A stretch of 64,000 bases of DNA from the human T2T-CHM13v2.0 reference genome, Homo sapiens: NCBI RefSeq assembly GCF_009914755.1, contig NC_060936.1; one strand, 5' to 3'. Positions 27,621 to 40,610 of this stretch are shown here, piece by piece. Numbering within the stretch: position 1 is the stretch's first letter; each line of letters starts with the position of its first letter. The notes beneath the pieces are model-generated. The model was not told the origin of the DNA. It made no database searches and saw only the letters and a program-made list of their open reading frames with translations. Made by a program: the position numbers and the translations under genes.

Positions 27621-28682
27621 CTTAATTTTTCCTGAAGTATTTTAAAAGCGCATACTTTACAATGATGAGCAAAAAGTGCTTTAATAAAAGTAAATAATTG
27701 AGTATGGGTTATTAAGTATAATTTTTTTTACTTGAACAAATTAACAGTGCTCTGCCCATTGGGAGAAAAGGGACCAAGCTTCTCTTCATGCTTTAATATA
27801 TTGATTGAATAAGCTAGTATTCATTTATTCAAAGATGTTTGCTACTATTCATTGCTTTTTGTTGTCCCGTATAATGTTGAGCTCAACAGATAATGATCCT
27901 GCAAATATTGTGCCAGATATCTGGGGAAGTATTTATTCTTATGATTTCATTGTACATGTCTAGTTTCGTTGCTTAATGAACTGTTAGAAAAAAATGCTTT
28001 TAGGTTATTTTTCAGAAAAGACTAGACTGCATGAGTTCATAATCCTAGAGTAGAAAGTGTGAACAGACTTTTTAAAGTATGGCATAATTGTTGGATAAAT
28101 TATATTATAATATTATTTTAAATACACTGTACTATGTGACTTGCATGGAAATACAGCTATTATTTGACCCTACTTGTGGAAGAATCAGTTCTCATAAATG
28201 TCTCCAATCATTATGTGCACTTGTAGATAATACACAATTTTGAATTTTTATAAAGTGGAGATTAAATATTTGATCCATTGCTGGATAAATCTGTAATTTC
28301 CAGGCAGAGGTACTTGAAGGCAAATGATGTGTTCTCACAGAAAGAGGATTTGTCAACTTGCTTTGCACTTTTCAGTCTTTTGTCCTCAGAATTAGTGTTT
28401 CCTTACACACCCTGGAGGTGAGAGGCAGCAGGAGAGACCAGGTTTCCCTTTGGTAGTATCTGCATTGCTTTCCCCATATAATTTGGCTTAATGGGTATGT
28501 GCCTTTATCTAAACTGAACACTACACCTTGTAGATTCATAAGGCACCACAACAGATTTTAGAACAAGAAGATATTTTTCCCTAGCATTGCTTTATTTTAT
28601 AGAATTACAATTTTCCAGAAGGATTCTCATAAACTGTTATTTCTTCTCAATTTTAAAATGCCAACCCCTTCAGTAAGAAAAG

Positions 28683-29056
28683 TGATATGATTTGGCTGTG
28701 TCCCCACCCAAATCTCATCTTGAATTGTAGTTACCATAATCCCCATGTGTTGTGGGAGGGACTTGGTGGGAGATATTTGAATCATGGGGACGGTTCCTCC
28801 ATGCTGTTCTCATGACAGTGAGTGTGTTCTCATGAGATCTGATGGTTTTATAAGGGGCTTTTCCCCCTTTTGCTCAGCACTTCCTCTTGCTGCCTCCATG
28901 TGAAGAAGGATGTATTTACTTCCCCTTCCGCCGTGATTGTAAGTTTCCTGAGCCTCCCCAACCATGCTGAACTGTGAGTCAATTAAATCTCTTTCCTTTA
29001 TAAATTACCCAGTCTTAGGTTTGTCTTTATTAGCAGCATGAGAACGAAATGAAACA
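28683..29056 (+). mobile_element. THE1D solo LTR (sense)
   Basis: tgatat...ca ends; 'gagatctgatggttttataagggg', 'gtgattgtaagtttcctgag', 'actgtgagtcaattaaa'. Confidence 0.95.
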
Positions 29057-29496
29057 AAAATAGTCTGCCTTAGCAGCAATTATCAATCTCATTAACCTAT
29101 AGACATGTTTGTTGGATAGTTGTTGGCAGAGTTTGCTCAGAATAGAATTCTAAACAGTACAATGAGTGCATTTTATGCACATATGATTCTTCTACTTTTC
29201 AAATGTGTTCTTTTTTTAAAACAGAACTCAACAACTTTTATTTCACTTGACCAGCGTTGCTGGTGTCTAAATCAGTCGAACACAGTGGTGCATAGTTTGA
29301 GGGCATTGGGAGCATTGCAGTGAAGAAAGAGGTATGGGAAATGAAGAGTTAGCAGCAGGGCCAGTGTCAGTGAAGGGTAAACAGCCTTTTTACATGAAAA
29401 TCATGTTTCAAAGACTCAGGGTGTCCTCTGTCCTTGAAGTCTGCCTTCTTGTTTCCTATTATTCTTTCTTGTCATTATTTGATGTTTGCTTTACAG

Positions 29497-29558
29497 AGTA
29501 CAGCGAAGGGAAATTCTTGGTATTCAAGGCAGCCAGTATTCTTCTAGCACTCCTGCCC
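29497..29558 (+). other. Candidate 62-nt spliced exon (host gene not identified)
   Basis: long pyrimidine tract ending 'gtttgctttacag|'; donor 'CCC|gtaagt'; non-repeat sequence; two of three frames open (VQRREILGIQGSQYSSSTPA; YSEGKFLVFKAASILLALLP). Confidence 0.4.
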
Positions 29559-29982
29559 GTAAGTTAGAAAAGCATATTGTTCTCAGTGTTTGTGGGTGAG
29601 GCTGGAAGGGTAGTGTGTGAAGAAAAATGGCCTTTTCATAGTATAAACCCCCACACACTGCCATTTGTTTTTCTGTTTCCTTTGGCAATTTACTGAAGTT
29701 TTGTAACTTCCCTTTGGGGTTACCGTTTTGTCCGTTAGGAACTTCCAAGTTTTTCTCTGAAACACCATTTATTTAACCACAAACCAAGTCTACCTGACGG
29801 CCCTTGTTTGATCTGATCCATGCGATGATGAACCCGTGATTCTAGTTTTCTCTTCTGCCTGCTGGGCTTCCCCCTATAACATGAAGTGTATGATTACGTA
29901 AAAGTGGGAATTGTCTTTCAACACATATGGATGTGGGCCTTGCTACTGGACCTGTGATTCTAGCAACGCCTCTTTGACTTTG

Positions 29983-30070
29983 CCTTTCTTTTCTTTCTCT
30001 CTTTTTTTTTTTTTTTTTTTTTTTTAACACAGGGTCTCCCTCCTTCACCCAGGCTGGGGTGCAGTGGCGC
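29983..30070 (-). mobile_element. Alu 3' fragment (poly-T plus ~45 nt of right arm)
   Basis: T-run then 'acagggtctccctccttcacccaggctggggtgcagtggcgc', ending abruptly. Confidence 0.8.
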
Positions 30071-30096
30071 TATTCAATGCCTTATGTGGGATACTT

Positions 30097-30232
30097 ACTC
30101 TTAGCAGCATCTCTGGCCACTACCCACCAGATGTTAGTAGCACAACCCTCCCGGTAGTGACAACCAAAAATGGACCCAGACATTGCCAAATGTCCTCTGG
30201 GGAGTGAAATTGTCCTTGGTTGATAATCACTG
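30097..30232 (-). mobile_element. MER20 fragment
   Basis: 'gtgacaaccaaaaatggacccagacattgccaaatgtcctctgggg...ggttgataatcactg'. Confidence 0.82.
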
Positions 30233-30529
30233 CTCTTTAAGGAAAGGAAGCCTGGGCACAGACAACCTCTTCAACAGACAGCTTTTTGTAATGAAAGTGT
30301 CACCCTTTCAATGTGGATGTTAGTAGCCCTGTATTTTCTAGGCCCCTTTTGTCCTCAGCCTGACTATCCTTGCAAAAAGAAATTTTAAAAAATATATTAA
30401 ATATTTATCACTAGTATGTAATATATTTTAAATCGTTTATTCTTTGAAAAATGGAATTGAGTTCCTATGTTGAGCAGGCACTGTCCTATGCAATCAGTAT
30501 TCAAAAACAAATCATATGAGGTAGTGTTC

Positions 30530-30790
30530 ACTTAGCATTTAAGACCACGAGTTGTAGAGTCAGACTGCCTGAGTTCAAAGCCTGGCTCTGGCCCTTCTGG
30601 CTGTGTGACCTTCCACAGTGAGTGCCTCAGTTTTAACCTATGTAAATGGTAGTAGTAAAACTATGTGCTTTCACATACTTGTTAGGATTGAACACAATCA
30701 TAGATATAAAGTACTTAGCCCAGCGATTGGTGCATAGTAAGTACTTTAAGAAAGTTCGTTGCATTATAGTGGATGTCATCATTATCTTTA
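30530..30790 (+). mobile_element. MIR
   Basis: 'agagtcagactgcctgagttcaaagcctggctctg...gctgtgtgacctt...gcctcagtttt'. Confidence 0.72.
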
Positions 30791-31164
30791 TCAATAGTAT
30801 TATCATCAAGGATGTGCTCCTTCAGGAGAGCAGCTACTAATCCTGAATGGAGAGGTGGTAGCAACATCTGGAGACTTATTGGAAAATATGAGCTCTAAGC
30901 TGAGCCCTGGATGAGAAGGTCAGCCAAAAGATAGCTAGGTGATGAAGTATGGCAAGGACATCACATGCAGATGTTGCTTTTTCTTTGTATGTATAATGTG
31001 AGATATAGGAGCAAGTAAATATTTCTTGGGTTTTTTGAAATATTTTAAAATGCAATCAATTTTCTTCAACTTGGATTTCTGAAGCCACAACTCTATAATT
31101 TATAAAAGTTTATTTTGTAATTAGAAAAATTTCATGAAGGATTATTTATACCATTTTAATGAAG

Positions 31165-31660
31165 TATTTATTTTATTTATTTATTTTTTTGGGTTCGGGA
31201 GTACATGTACAGGTTTGTTACATGGGTAAACTGTGTGTCACTGAAGCTTGGTGTAAAAATGACCTCATTACCAAGATAGTGATCATGATAGTACCTGATC
31301 TATGGATCAGTGTTTACAGTGTCTATTGTTCCCATCTTTGTGTCCCTGTGTTTTCAGCATTTAGCTCCCACTTACAAGTGTAGGCATGCAGCATTTGTTT
31401 TTCTGTTCCTGTGTTAGTTTGCATAGGATAATGATCTCCAGCTGCATCCTTGCTCCTGTAGGGGGCATGATTTCATTCCTTTTATGGTTGCATAGTATCC
31501 CATTGTGTATATATGTACCACATTCTCCTGATAAAGTCCACCGTTGATGGGCATCTTTATTGATTCCATTATTCGCTATTGTGAATGCTGCTGTGATGAA
31601 CATATGAATTCATGTGCCTTTTTAGTAGAATGATTTATTTTCCTTTGGGTATATACCAGT
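31165..31660 (-). mobile_element. L1PA16-like 3' end
   Basis: 'gtacatgtacaggtttgttacatgggtaaactgtgtgtcactga', 'ttagctcccacttacaagtg', 'tagaatgatttattttcctttgggtatatacc'. Confidence 0.88.
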
Positions 31661-32410
31661 TGAGATGTTTATAGTGTGGACTCTTGTTTGTGCTGTTAAT
31701 TGTCAGTCTTCTTCAATTAGGGCACAGACAAATTTAATTTTTTCTTCTCCAATTGGTATAGTTCCCTCTCTCTGCTGCTGTGGCATTTCATTTCAACATC
31801 ATCTCTTCCCTTGTTTAAATGAGTTATCCATTTGTACACTAACTTGCGGGGCAGAGGGGGACATTATCCTCATAAACTTTGTATAAAGCATCAGTGATTT
31901 CACTATTCTTTCACCCAAGCTTCACCATAAAATTCATATTAGTTCTTCCATTTTAGCAGAATTCATGTTGGAGTGTTTTTTCTAACTGATGTTTTATCCT
32001 TCTTAGTGCCTCAAACTATATCGTATTCAGACATAAGAAGTTAGTATGAGGCCAGGCATGGTGGCTCACTCCTGTAATCCCAGCACTTTGGAGGCCAAGG
32101 TGGGTAGATTACCTGAGGTCAGGAGTTCGAGACTAGACTGGCCAACGTGGTGAAACCCCGTCTCTACTAAAAATACAAAAATTAGCCAGGCATGGTGGTG
32201 GGCACCTGTAATCCCAGCTACTCGGGAGGCTGAGGCAGAAGAATCACTTGAATAGGGAGGCAGAGGTTGCAGTGAGCCGAGATCACACCACTGTACTTCC
32301 AGCCTGGGCAATAAAATAAGTTAGTATGGGTATTTTGGTGCAAAAATTTTAAATCCCTGCATAGTTTTTTCACAATATGCATTTTTCTTGAACTTTTTGA
32401 AGACCCTTTG
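31661..32410 (-). mobile_element. HSMAR2 mariner DNA transposon, 5' portion with decayed transposase N-terminus
   Basis: TIR 'gaactttttgaagaccctttg' followed by TA; minus-strand ATG at 31966 gives MNSAK..FMVKLG*KNSEITDAL.KVY..VYKWIT..GRDDVE..EEKI..V.ALIEED with stops and frameshifts. Confidence 0.9.
32050..32314 (+). mobile_element. AluSx-like inserted in HSMAR2, lacking its 3' terminus and A tail
   Basis: ends at 'cagcctgggcaataaa'; TSD aagaagttagtatga (32035) / aataagttagtatgg (32315). Confidence 0.95.
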
Positions 32411-32459
32411 TATATATAATGTGGTACAATCACCAACATATACATAGGCTTCTGTGACT

Positions 32460-32610
32460 CACAGATAACCAGTGAGGTAGGGGGGACCAGTTTACAGGTG
32501 AGGAAATTGGGCTCAGAAATGTTAAGTTACTTGCCTAAGTTGACTCAGTAAATATCAGAACTGAGCTGGGAGACTAGATCTTCCTACCTCCAAAGCTTGC
32601 TATTTGTACT
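32460..32610 (-). mobile_element. MIR fragment
   Basis: 'tttacaggtgaggaaattgggctcagaaatgttaagttacttgcctaag'. Confidence 0.7.
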
Positions 32611-32654
32611 ACATGCACACACAAAACCTGCTATTTGTGCTACACACAGGCGCG

Positions 32655-32677
32655 CACACACACACACACACACACAC
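32655..32677. repeat. (CA)n microsatellite
   Basis: visible CA run. Confidence 0.9.
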
Positions 32678-33150
32678 GATTATGTATTAAAATATGCTCC
32701 ATGCAATTAGTCACCTCCTCTTTAAAAACTTATTGCTAGCTGTGTAGGTGGAATGATATTCTGCAGAAAATCTCAACAACTTTTCTACATTTCTTTTATA
32801 TTTTATAATCCTAAGAGACTGCTAATAGACTTGAATTACTGATTATTTTAACTTGTCACTGGTTTCAAAATTTTTTGCAGCTCTAAAAGAACATAATAGA
32901 ATTCGCTATAGCATTGACATGATACTAAATAGTCACTTATCTTTTCTATTCTTGTGAGTTTCCCGAGCACATCTTTTGTGACTTTCTCTTTAATACATTT
33001 CACAGTTTTTCTCATTGAGTTTCACATGTATTGGAAGCTCTTTGGACGGCTGAATATTGTTTTGCTAGGGTATACTGGACAATTTTTAAATTTTTAAATT
33101 TTGGTAAATTATTGAAATGTGAATTTTGATATTTTTAAAGTTTTGATAAC

Positions 33151-34267
33151 TGTAGTAGCCAGTCCCCAGATGTTCCCCAGTGATCCCCACCATCTGGTGT
33201 TCTTGCCTTTGACATGCCTTCCTAAATGGAGTACAGCTGACTTGTGTAATGAATGGGAAGTTGCCAGAAAGATGGAATGTGACTTCAGGGATGGTTATAA
33301 AACTCATTGAGGCCCCTGTCTTGTTCCTTTGGATTACTTGTCCTGGGGAGATTCCTGCTGCCATCTTATGAGGTGACTTAAACAGCACTATGGAGAGAGG
33401 CATATGATAAAAAACTGAGACTTCCTTGTATAGAACCACCAGGTTTGTATGCCCACTATGCAGTAACATACCAATATACTAAGACAGCAGGGTTTGCAGC
33501 AGAGAAGCAGTCTAATGATTTCAGGGCGGCCAAGCAAGGAGACAGGAGGGATCCTCCAATCCACTTCCCTGAGGAATTCTGCGTTGGGGCTTTTAAGGGT
33601 ATGGTGGAGAGTGAGGGGCTGGAAAATTGGATCTATTGATTGGTGTGGGTAAGATAGATGAAATTAACAGATGTGAAAACTGCATTCTTTGTTCAGCTCC
33701 TAGTGGGTTCCTTCAGACCAGCTGGTGTCAGTAATCTTACCTCAGTAGTTTCACCAGTATGCAAGACCTGAAATAATATCTCAAATGGAAAACTTAAATT
33801 TTACAATTTTCAAGTCATTATCTACAGAGCAGTTAAGGGAAACTATAATCTTGTGACAGTGTCTATGTGATTCTGAGGCAATAGTTAGCAAACAACCATG
33901 AGAAAGCAGGCCAGAAGCAAGCTGACCTAATGATTAATGCTGAGTGTGCAACAAGTTTGGTTTGGTTTTGTCTCTCCGCTTCTTGCCTGATTAGTAGTAT
34001 AGAATTTTTGGAGTTGGTTTCACTCCTATCTAGATCAGGTGAGTAAACCATCTAGGCAATGGATTCCCCAGCCCCAGTTGAGCCTTCAGATGACTGTAAC
34101 CTCAGCTGACATCTTAACTGCAGCCTCCTTAGAGATACTAAGCCAGAATCATTTAGCTAAGCTACTAACAAATTCATGACCCATAGAAACTACAAAATAA
34201 ATGTTTACTACTTTAAGCCATTAAGTTTTGGAATAATTAGTTACCCTGAGCAATAGTCAACTATACA
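33151..34267 (+). mobile_element. MLT1F-like MaLR LTR split by a nested LTR
   Basis: 'tgtagtagccagtccccagatg..ccccagtgatccccacc' start; 'ccagccccagttgagccttcagatgactg...tttaagccattaagttttggaataatt..ataca' end. Confidence 0.8.
33427..34022 (-). mobile_element. ERV1 MER4-group solo LTR (LOR1-like) nested in MLT1
   Basis: tgt...tttca ends; 'gacagcagggtttgcagcagagaa', 'gagcagttaagggaaactataatcttgt'; flanks ttcct/ctcct are TSD-like. Confidence 0.72.
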
Positions 34268-35794
34268 GTACTTCATTGGAATGATTTTAAATTTATAGAT
34301 AGGCACTACTAAAACACAAGCAAAATATTAATTACTCTTCATAATGTTTTGTCTACTAGAAATGGCATACATTTTTTGTTCATGGACATGCAATATTCGA
34401 TTGAAAAATAATTATATTAGTTGATACTATTGTTAGTATTTTAAGTTTAAAATAAATGAGATATGTGGAAAGTATCAAATTAAAATGTTGTATAACTAAA
34501 TACTATCAAATTTATTTCTAAAATTTTGCAGTGTGTTTAACACGTATATATATAATTTCTCATAATATCAACAAAATAGCTTGAATAGATTCTACTTTAA
34601 TAAAAATGGTAGTAATCCTTGAATATTACTTTTATGTCAGTATTTTATAGAATGTATTCATTGATTTTTGTAATGCTCCAGAGAAATAGAGAAAGAAGGA
34701 AGAAGATAGGAAGGAAGACAAGGCTGTACTTTGTTAGCACTCATCGTCTACAAATTAAGAATTAAAAGCACACAGAATCTAAATAAATGGATTGTCAGTA
34801 GCCTACTTGAGATTTCTTCTAATATCCAAAGGGCTTATGTTTCTTTCAGTTTCATTGTCAGCATAAGCTTTGTGTTATGCAACCAGAAAATATAGCTTTG
34901 AAATCTAAAGGACATAAGAATTGCCTTAGGAGATTTGCTTCCAAAATAAGAATCTTCTTGTCATAATCATTGAAAAGAATATATTTTTATAACCCAGGTT
35001 AGTACTATATTGGACACTTAGCATAATATTCTTCTTTCATAAAAGCATTTATTATAGTTTGTCATATTTTGAAAAGTGGTTTCTTACATTGGCATATTAT
35101 CACTGCCAACCGTGATTCTTTGTGCTTCTTCAGAAAATAGAGCTCTCTCGTCAACCCCCCTTAGGTTTATTAATGCTATCGGAAGCCATGAAGCTTCCTG
35201 AAATATTTAAAAAATAACTTATGTCCATCAATAGTATTTTTTAGCTTCCTTTAGCTTCTGCTGCTTAAGGCCATGAATGATGTCAGGCAGATCAAGAAAT
35301 CAGACTAAATCTTTTCTACTGTCCCTTTGTTCTGACCAGAACAATTGCATTTCATTTTTCCATTTGCGTTGACAATTTTCTCTATTGGTAAAGTAAATAA
35401 AACATATGTGTTAAAAATCTAGCTGTGACTCTCAGCACACTTTCTTGTCTTTGAGCTTTGATTGCAGGTGTGCTTGGCCTTCTAAGCAGGCATTGCATGG
35501 GTGCTGCAGATGGTGTGTCCTGTCAGTCTGATTCACACATGATGTATGGCATTAATTGTTTTTGGACTATTGAAGGGATAAATGCCTTTGCTATCACAGG
35601 GGACACGTGGGAAAGAAAAATGAATAAGTAGAGTTGTCATGGTGTGAATTACTTTCTGTAAATCACCATTTATCTTCACATGTGTCTCACGTTTTTTTTT
35701 TAAAGCAACATGAGATATTCCATTCTCAAAATGACTTTGGAGTGAAAGTAATTATTTTAGGGAGAGGGAAATTGCACGTTAATGTGACAAAAAG

Positions 35795-35825
<31 letters not shown>

Positions 35826-36064
35826 GACAGTCTTTGGAAATTTTCAAATGTTTAAATGTTCTATTTTAGTAAAGGAGATATTAAAGGATATGAAAGGTAG
35901 ATCATTATGAATTTACTTCTATTGACCAAATTGCAAACAAACAGATTTTCTTCATTGTAAAATTAAGGAGTCTTTTCATTTGGAGAGGACTTTTTAGAAC
36001 AAGTAATAAAAATAAGTATAATTTTTGGAAAGACTACAAATGATGTAGTCATACTTCTGAGATT

Positions 36065-36250
36065 CAGCTTTTACCTCCTCCTGTCCCTAACTTTGCCACT
36101 GATTAACTAGCTGTGAAACCTTGGGCAACTTGTCTCCTCGAGCCTCAGTTTCCTGATCTTTATAATAGGGTTTTATGAACATTATAAAATGATGAAAACT
36201 GCTTATCACATGCTACTTCATATATAGTAGTTGCTCAATAAATGTAATAG
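36065..36250 (+). mobile_element. MIR
   Basis: 'ctttgccact..taactagctgtgaaaccttgggcaac...agcctcagtttcctgatct...gctcaataaatgt'. Confidence 0.7.
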
Positions 36251-36391
36251 TTTTTGATAATCATGACGATGCTGGACATCGTTGCTGAGGAAAAAATGCA
36301 GTTATCCCAGTGGAATTCATTCATGTAAAAACTCCTTACTTATGCTTGTGTCAAGTCTTCAAATTAACACTTTTGATTTATGATTTGAACA

Positions 36392-36698
<307 letters not shown>

Positions 36699-37284
36699 TA
36701 GGAAAAAGGAACCAAGATAGCTGGCTGCTGAAAGAGTACAAAAAGACAATATTTTGGCATTTATACAAAAAAGTTAAATGCGAAGTTGAAAATTTGGCAA
36801 GTTACAAAAACTAATAGACATAAAGTATTTGGAATTAATTAAAAGAGCTCAGAAACATCGGTGACATTGTGGTAAAAATTTGAAACAATGAGCAGATGTG
36901 GTGGCACAAGTGTTAAAGAAGTTGGACAAACTGAGAAGGGGTGAAAAAGTAGCTCAAATGTTTAATGCATCAGATAAGATATTCTTGAAGAAGGTTTGAG
37001 TTTGTGATTTGTTTGAGTTCATCCTGAGGCTCAAGATTTCTGTGATATGCATTAAAATGATAAACAAACAACTCTGTTTATCTTCTACAGGTTTACCATT
37101 TATAAAATTATTTCTCCTATATTTTCTAGATCAAGCACTGTTAAATCCCATGGGATAGTTAACACTAGAAGCTCTCCTGTAGCTGCTAGGCCCTATTTTG
37201 TTGCTGTGATTACAGACTCTAACATATGTAGAAGCAATGCCCTCCTACCCATCAAAGTTCTCGACATCCATCAGCTCTGAGAAA

Positions 37285-37311
37285 TGAACCACTGTGACCT
37301 CTGAGTAAAAT
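37285..37311 (-). promoter_or_regulatory. 27-bp exact repeat copy 1 containing a consensus DR4 (AGGTCA-cagt-GGTTCA on minus strand)
   Basis: tgaaccactgtgacctctgagtaaaat, identical at 38634-38660. The repeat is certain; regulatory function is inference. Confidence 0.5.
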
Positions 37312-37387
37312 CTGACACTCACTTTGTTGAACTTCTGAAGAAGAATCTAGAAGCTAATACAATAATAGCCAGTGAACTCTACCTCTT

Positions 37388-37701
37388 TTTTTTCTCTTCT
37401 CTTTTTTTTTTTTTTTTGCTTTGAGATGGAGTCTCACTCTGTTGCCCAGGCTGGAATACAGTGGTGTGATCTCGGCACACTGCAACCTCCACCTCCCGTG
37501 TCAAGCGATTCTCCTGCCTCAGCCTCCCAAGTAGCTGTGGCAACAGGCACAAGCCACCACGCCCAGCTAATTTTTGTATTTTTATTAGAGACGGGGTTTC
37601 ACCATGTTGGCCAGAATGGTCTTGATCTCTTGACCTTGCGATCCGCCCACCTCGGCCTCCCAAAGTGCTGGGATTACAGGCATGAGCCACTGCACCCGGC
37701 C
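37388..37701 (-). mobile_element. AluSc
   Basis: 'aatggtcttgatctcttgacctt'; perfect 15-bp TSD tgaactctacctctt at 37373 and 37702. Confidence 0.95.
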
Positions 37702-38054
37702 TGAACTCTACCTCTTAACCACATAGATTGATTACATACCCTCCTTGATCTCAAGAAGTCCCAGCAAAGGAAAATGATACTACAATGACAATCATATAAT
37801 TAATATTTCACTACCCGATATTTTATCATTTGATATCTTAGAATCAGAGGAATAATAAGTCTTGGGTTAATATAGTATATGAGCATCTATGATGAGGACT
37901 GGGGATGGTAGACATATTTAAATTTATGTTTTATGGTTTTCTGAGGAGAATGTTCTGCCTTTCTTATCTTTCTAGCAAAGTACTTGCCCCAGTTATTTGT
38001 ATTATTTCATTATACTGATGAGAAAATTGAATAGAAAAGGCAGGAAACTCATAG

Positions 38055-38382
<328 letters not shown>

Positions 38383-38633
38383 CCCAAGCTGTCTGGTTTT
38401 CTACACCACCACATTGATCAAGGTCCCTAGTGCTCTGCAGCGTGTTCATCCATATGGATTTTTTTTTTTTTTTTTTTTTTTTTTACTGGAAGTTGAAAGA
38501 GAATGATTATGTAAGTATCCAAAAGACAAAAGACAGGAGACTTAAGCTAGTTGTACTTGCTCCAAAATATGTAGAAAAGCAATAAAATCCTCATATCATA
38601 ATTCCCGGTTTTGACACATTATATTAATCACTG

Positions 38634-38660
38634 TGAACCACTGTGACCTCTGAGTAAAAT
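38634..38660 (-). promoter_or_regulatory. 27-bp exact repeat copy 2 containing a consensus DR4
   Basis: identical to 37285-37311. Confidence 0.5.
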
Positions 38661-39864
38661 TGTGTTCCATTTATTAATTTTGATATAGAGAATTTATGAA
38701 ACATAAAGTTGGATGACATATATAAATGTATATCTATAACTTATATAGTTTAAAAGCTTTCTAGTAAGGACATTATCTGGTGTCTAAAACACTATTGAGA
38801 CTAGATGCAGAGGTACCAATTCTGTTGTCATCTAGATTGGTGCATAAAATGCATATTTGTATGTGTCCAGAGAAGGTGGTTTTCACAGTGACTTTCAGTC
38901 AGTAATACCTGTAATACAATCTTTTGTTAGACAGTGTCACATTAGAAAGTGATGGATACCAAACCATGTTGACAGAAGTGTGACTTGCTAAACATCAAGT
39001 GATAGAAGTGAATCATCAGTGTCTGTTTTGGATGTCTTGGTATAGGATGGACTGTAAACTAGAACACATTTGTAAGAGCATGAATATGTCCTTTGCAAAT
39101 TAAAATATAATATTTTTCTGTAACTGAAAAAAAATTGATTTTTTATATTAAAATTAGATAAGATCAAAAATAAAATAACAAAATTAGTTTAAAAATAAGA
39201 AAGGCCTGTTTTTACCCAGTGTTTCTTAAGGCACCAGAGAGCCATGGGAGCATCTTGATTAGAGATATACTTCTGATTTTGAATTGGCAACTCTGGTTTT
39301 GAATTGGTTTTGAATTTGTAGAATATCTTTGGTTTTGAATTGGTAGAAGTCAGGAAAATGAAGCCTCCTGCACTGTGACAGTTCTCCTGTACAACAGAGA
39401 ATTTCCTTTCCAAAGTGCCCACACAGCTCTTGCACAAATTTTGTAACAAAATCAGTAAGAGTTTAGATGCATATTATCTAAGAGGCAGCATAATTAGAGA
39501 TAAAAAAATATTCACAGAAATCTATTTTACCGCTGCTCAGCATTATTTGGGTCTAGCCTGTTCTCTGAGGGAAAGGTATCTTTATACACTTGTTGTCTCG
39601 AAGAATACTAAAATGCCAGGATTTTCCTTGAGTTTTCTCTTGAAAACAATGAGAGAGATAAGCCTTATCAGTATGATAAAGACGAACATTTCAACCTTTA
39701 AATCGAGAGCATTTCCCAGGGGAGAATTATAGATGAAAGAATCTGTAAAAAACTGCAGAGCATGAATTTAAGAATCAATCTCCTTAAAGAAAATAAGATT
39801 ACAAAGAGCTAGATTCATTTCTTACCACACTAGTAAAATGATTATAGGAAGTAATTCTGTATCT

Positions 39865-40610
39865 AAACTCATCCATTCTTTCAACAAATGCTTTTTAAGT
39901 ATCCATTGTGTGTCATGCACTGCTCTAGGAATCAGGCATACAATAATGTCAAGGGAACCTACATAATAAAAGGAAGATGGGGAGAAAAAAGTGTCAGATA
40001 GCTCAGTAAGCACCAGAAAAGCAGGATGAGTGGGTTGAAAATTACAGAATACGTTATTTTAGAAGGGCTAACCAGGAAAGGATTGTCTGAAGAGGTGACG
40101 TTTTGAAAAGTAGAAATGAAATAAAGGGTAGATACAAGCATGTGAATATCTGGAAGGAAATCAATTCAGTAGAGCAATCACTCAGTGCAAAAGCTGTAAG
40201 CATAATCGTTCATGTGAGAAACAGTAGGGGATGAGAGAACTAGCGGAAAGTTGCAAGAAATAAAGGTGGAGAGGTAGCCCAAGTGCCAAACACGTGGGAA
40301 CTCTGTGGTAACCCATAGAAGCAGCTTTTACTCAGAGTCACCTCAGAAGCCACTGGAAGATCCTAAGTATAAAAAGGATCCAGTCTGATGTTTCAAAAGG
40401 AACACTCTGTACTCTATATTAAAAAGCCTGTGGTCTGGAAAGAGTGAAAGCAGGTAGGCTAGTACCATAGTCTATGAATGATGAGGTTGGACTTGGACCA
40501 AGCAGTGGACATACAGAAGGTATGAAGTGGCTGTTGAAGGTGGAGTTTACAGGATATGCTGCTGGATGAAATGCAGGCTGAGAGAGAGAGAGAAGAATGA
40601 CTCCAAAGTT
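39865..40610 (-). mobile_element. L2a-like 3' region
   Basis: 'catccattctttcaacaaatgctttttaagtatccattgtgtgtcatgcactgctctagg', 'tctgaagaggtgac', 'gaatgactccaaagttt'. Confidence 0.75.
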
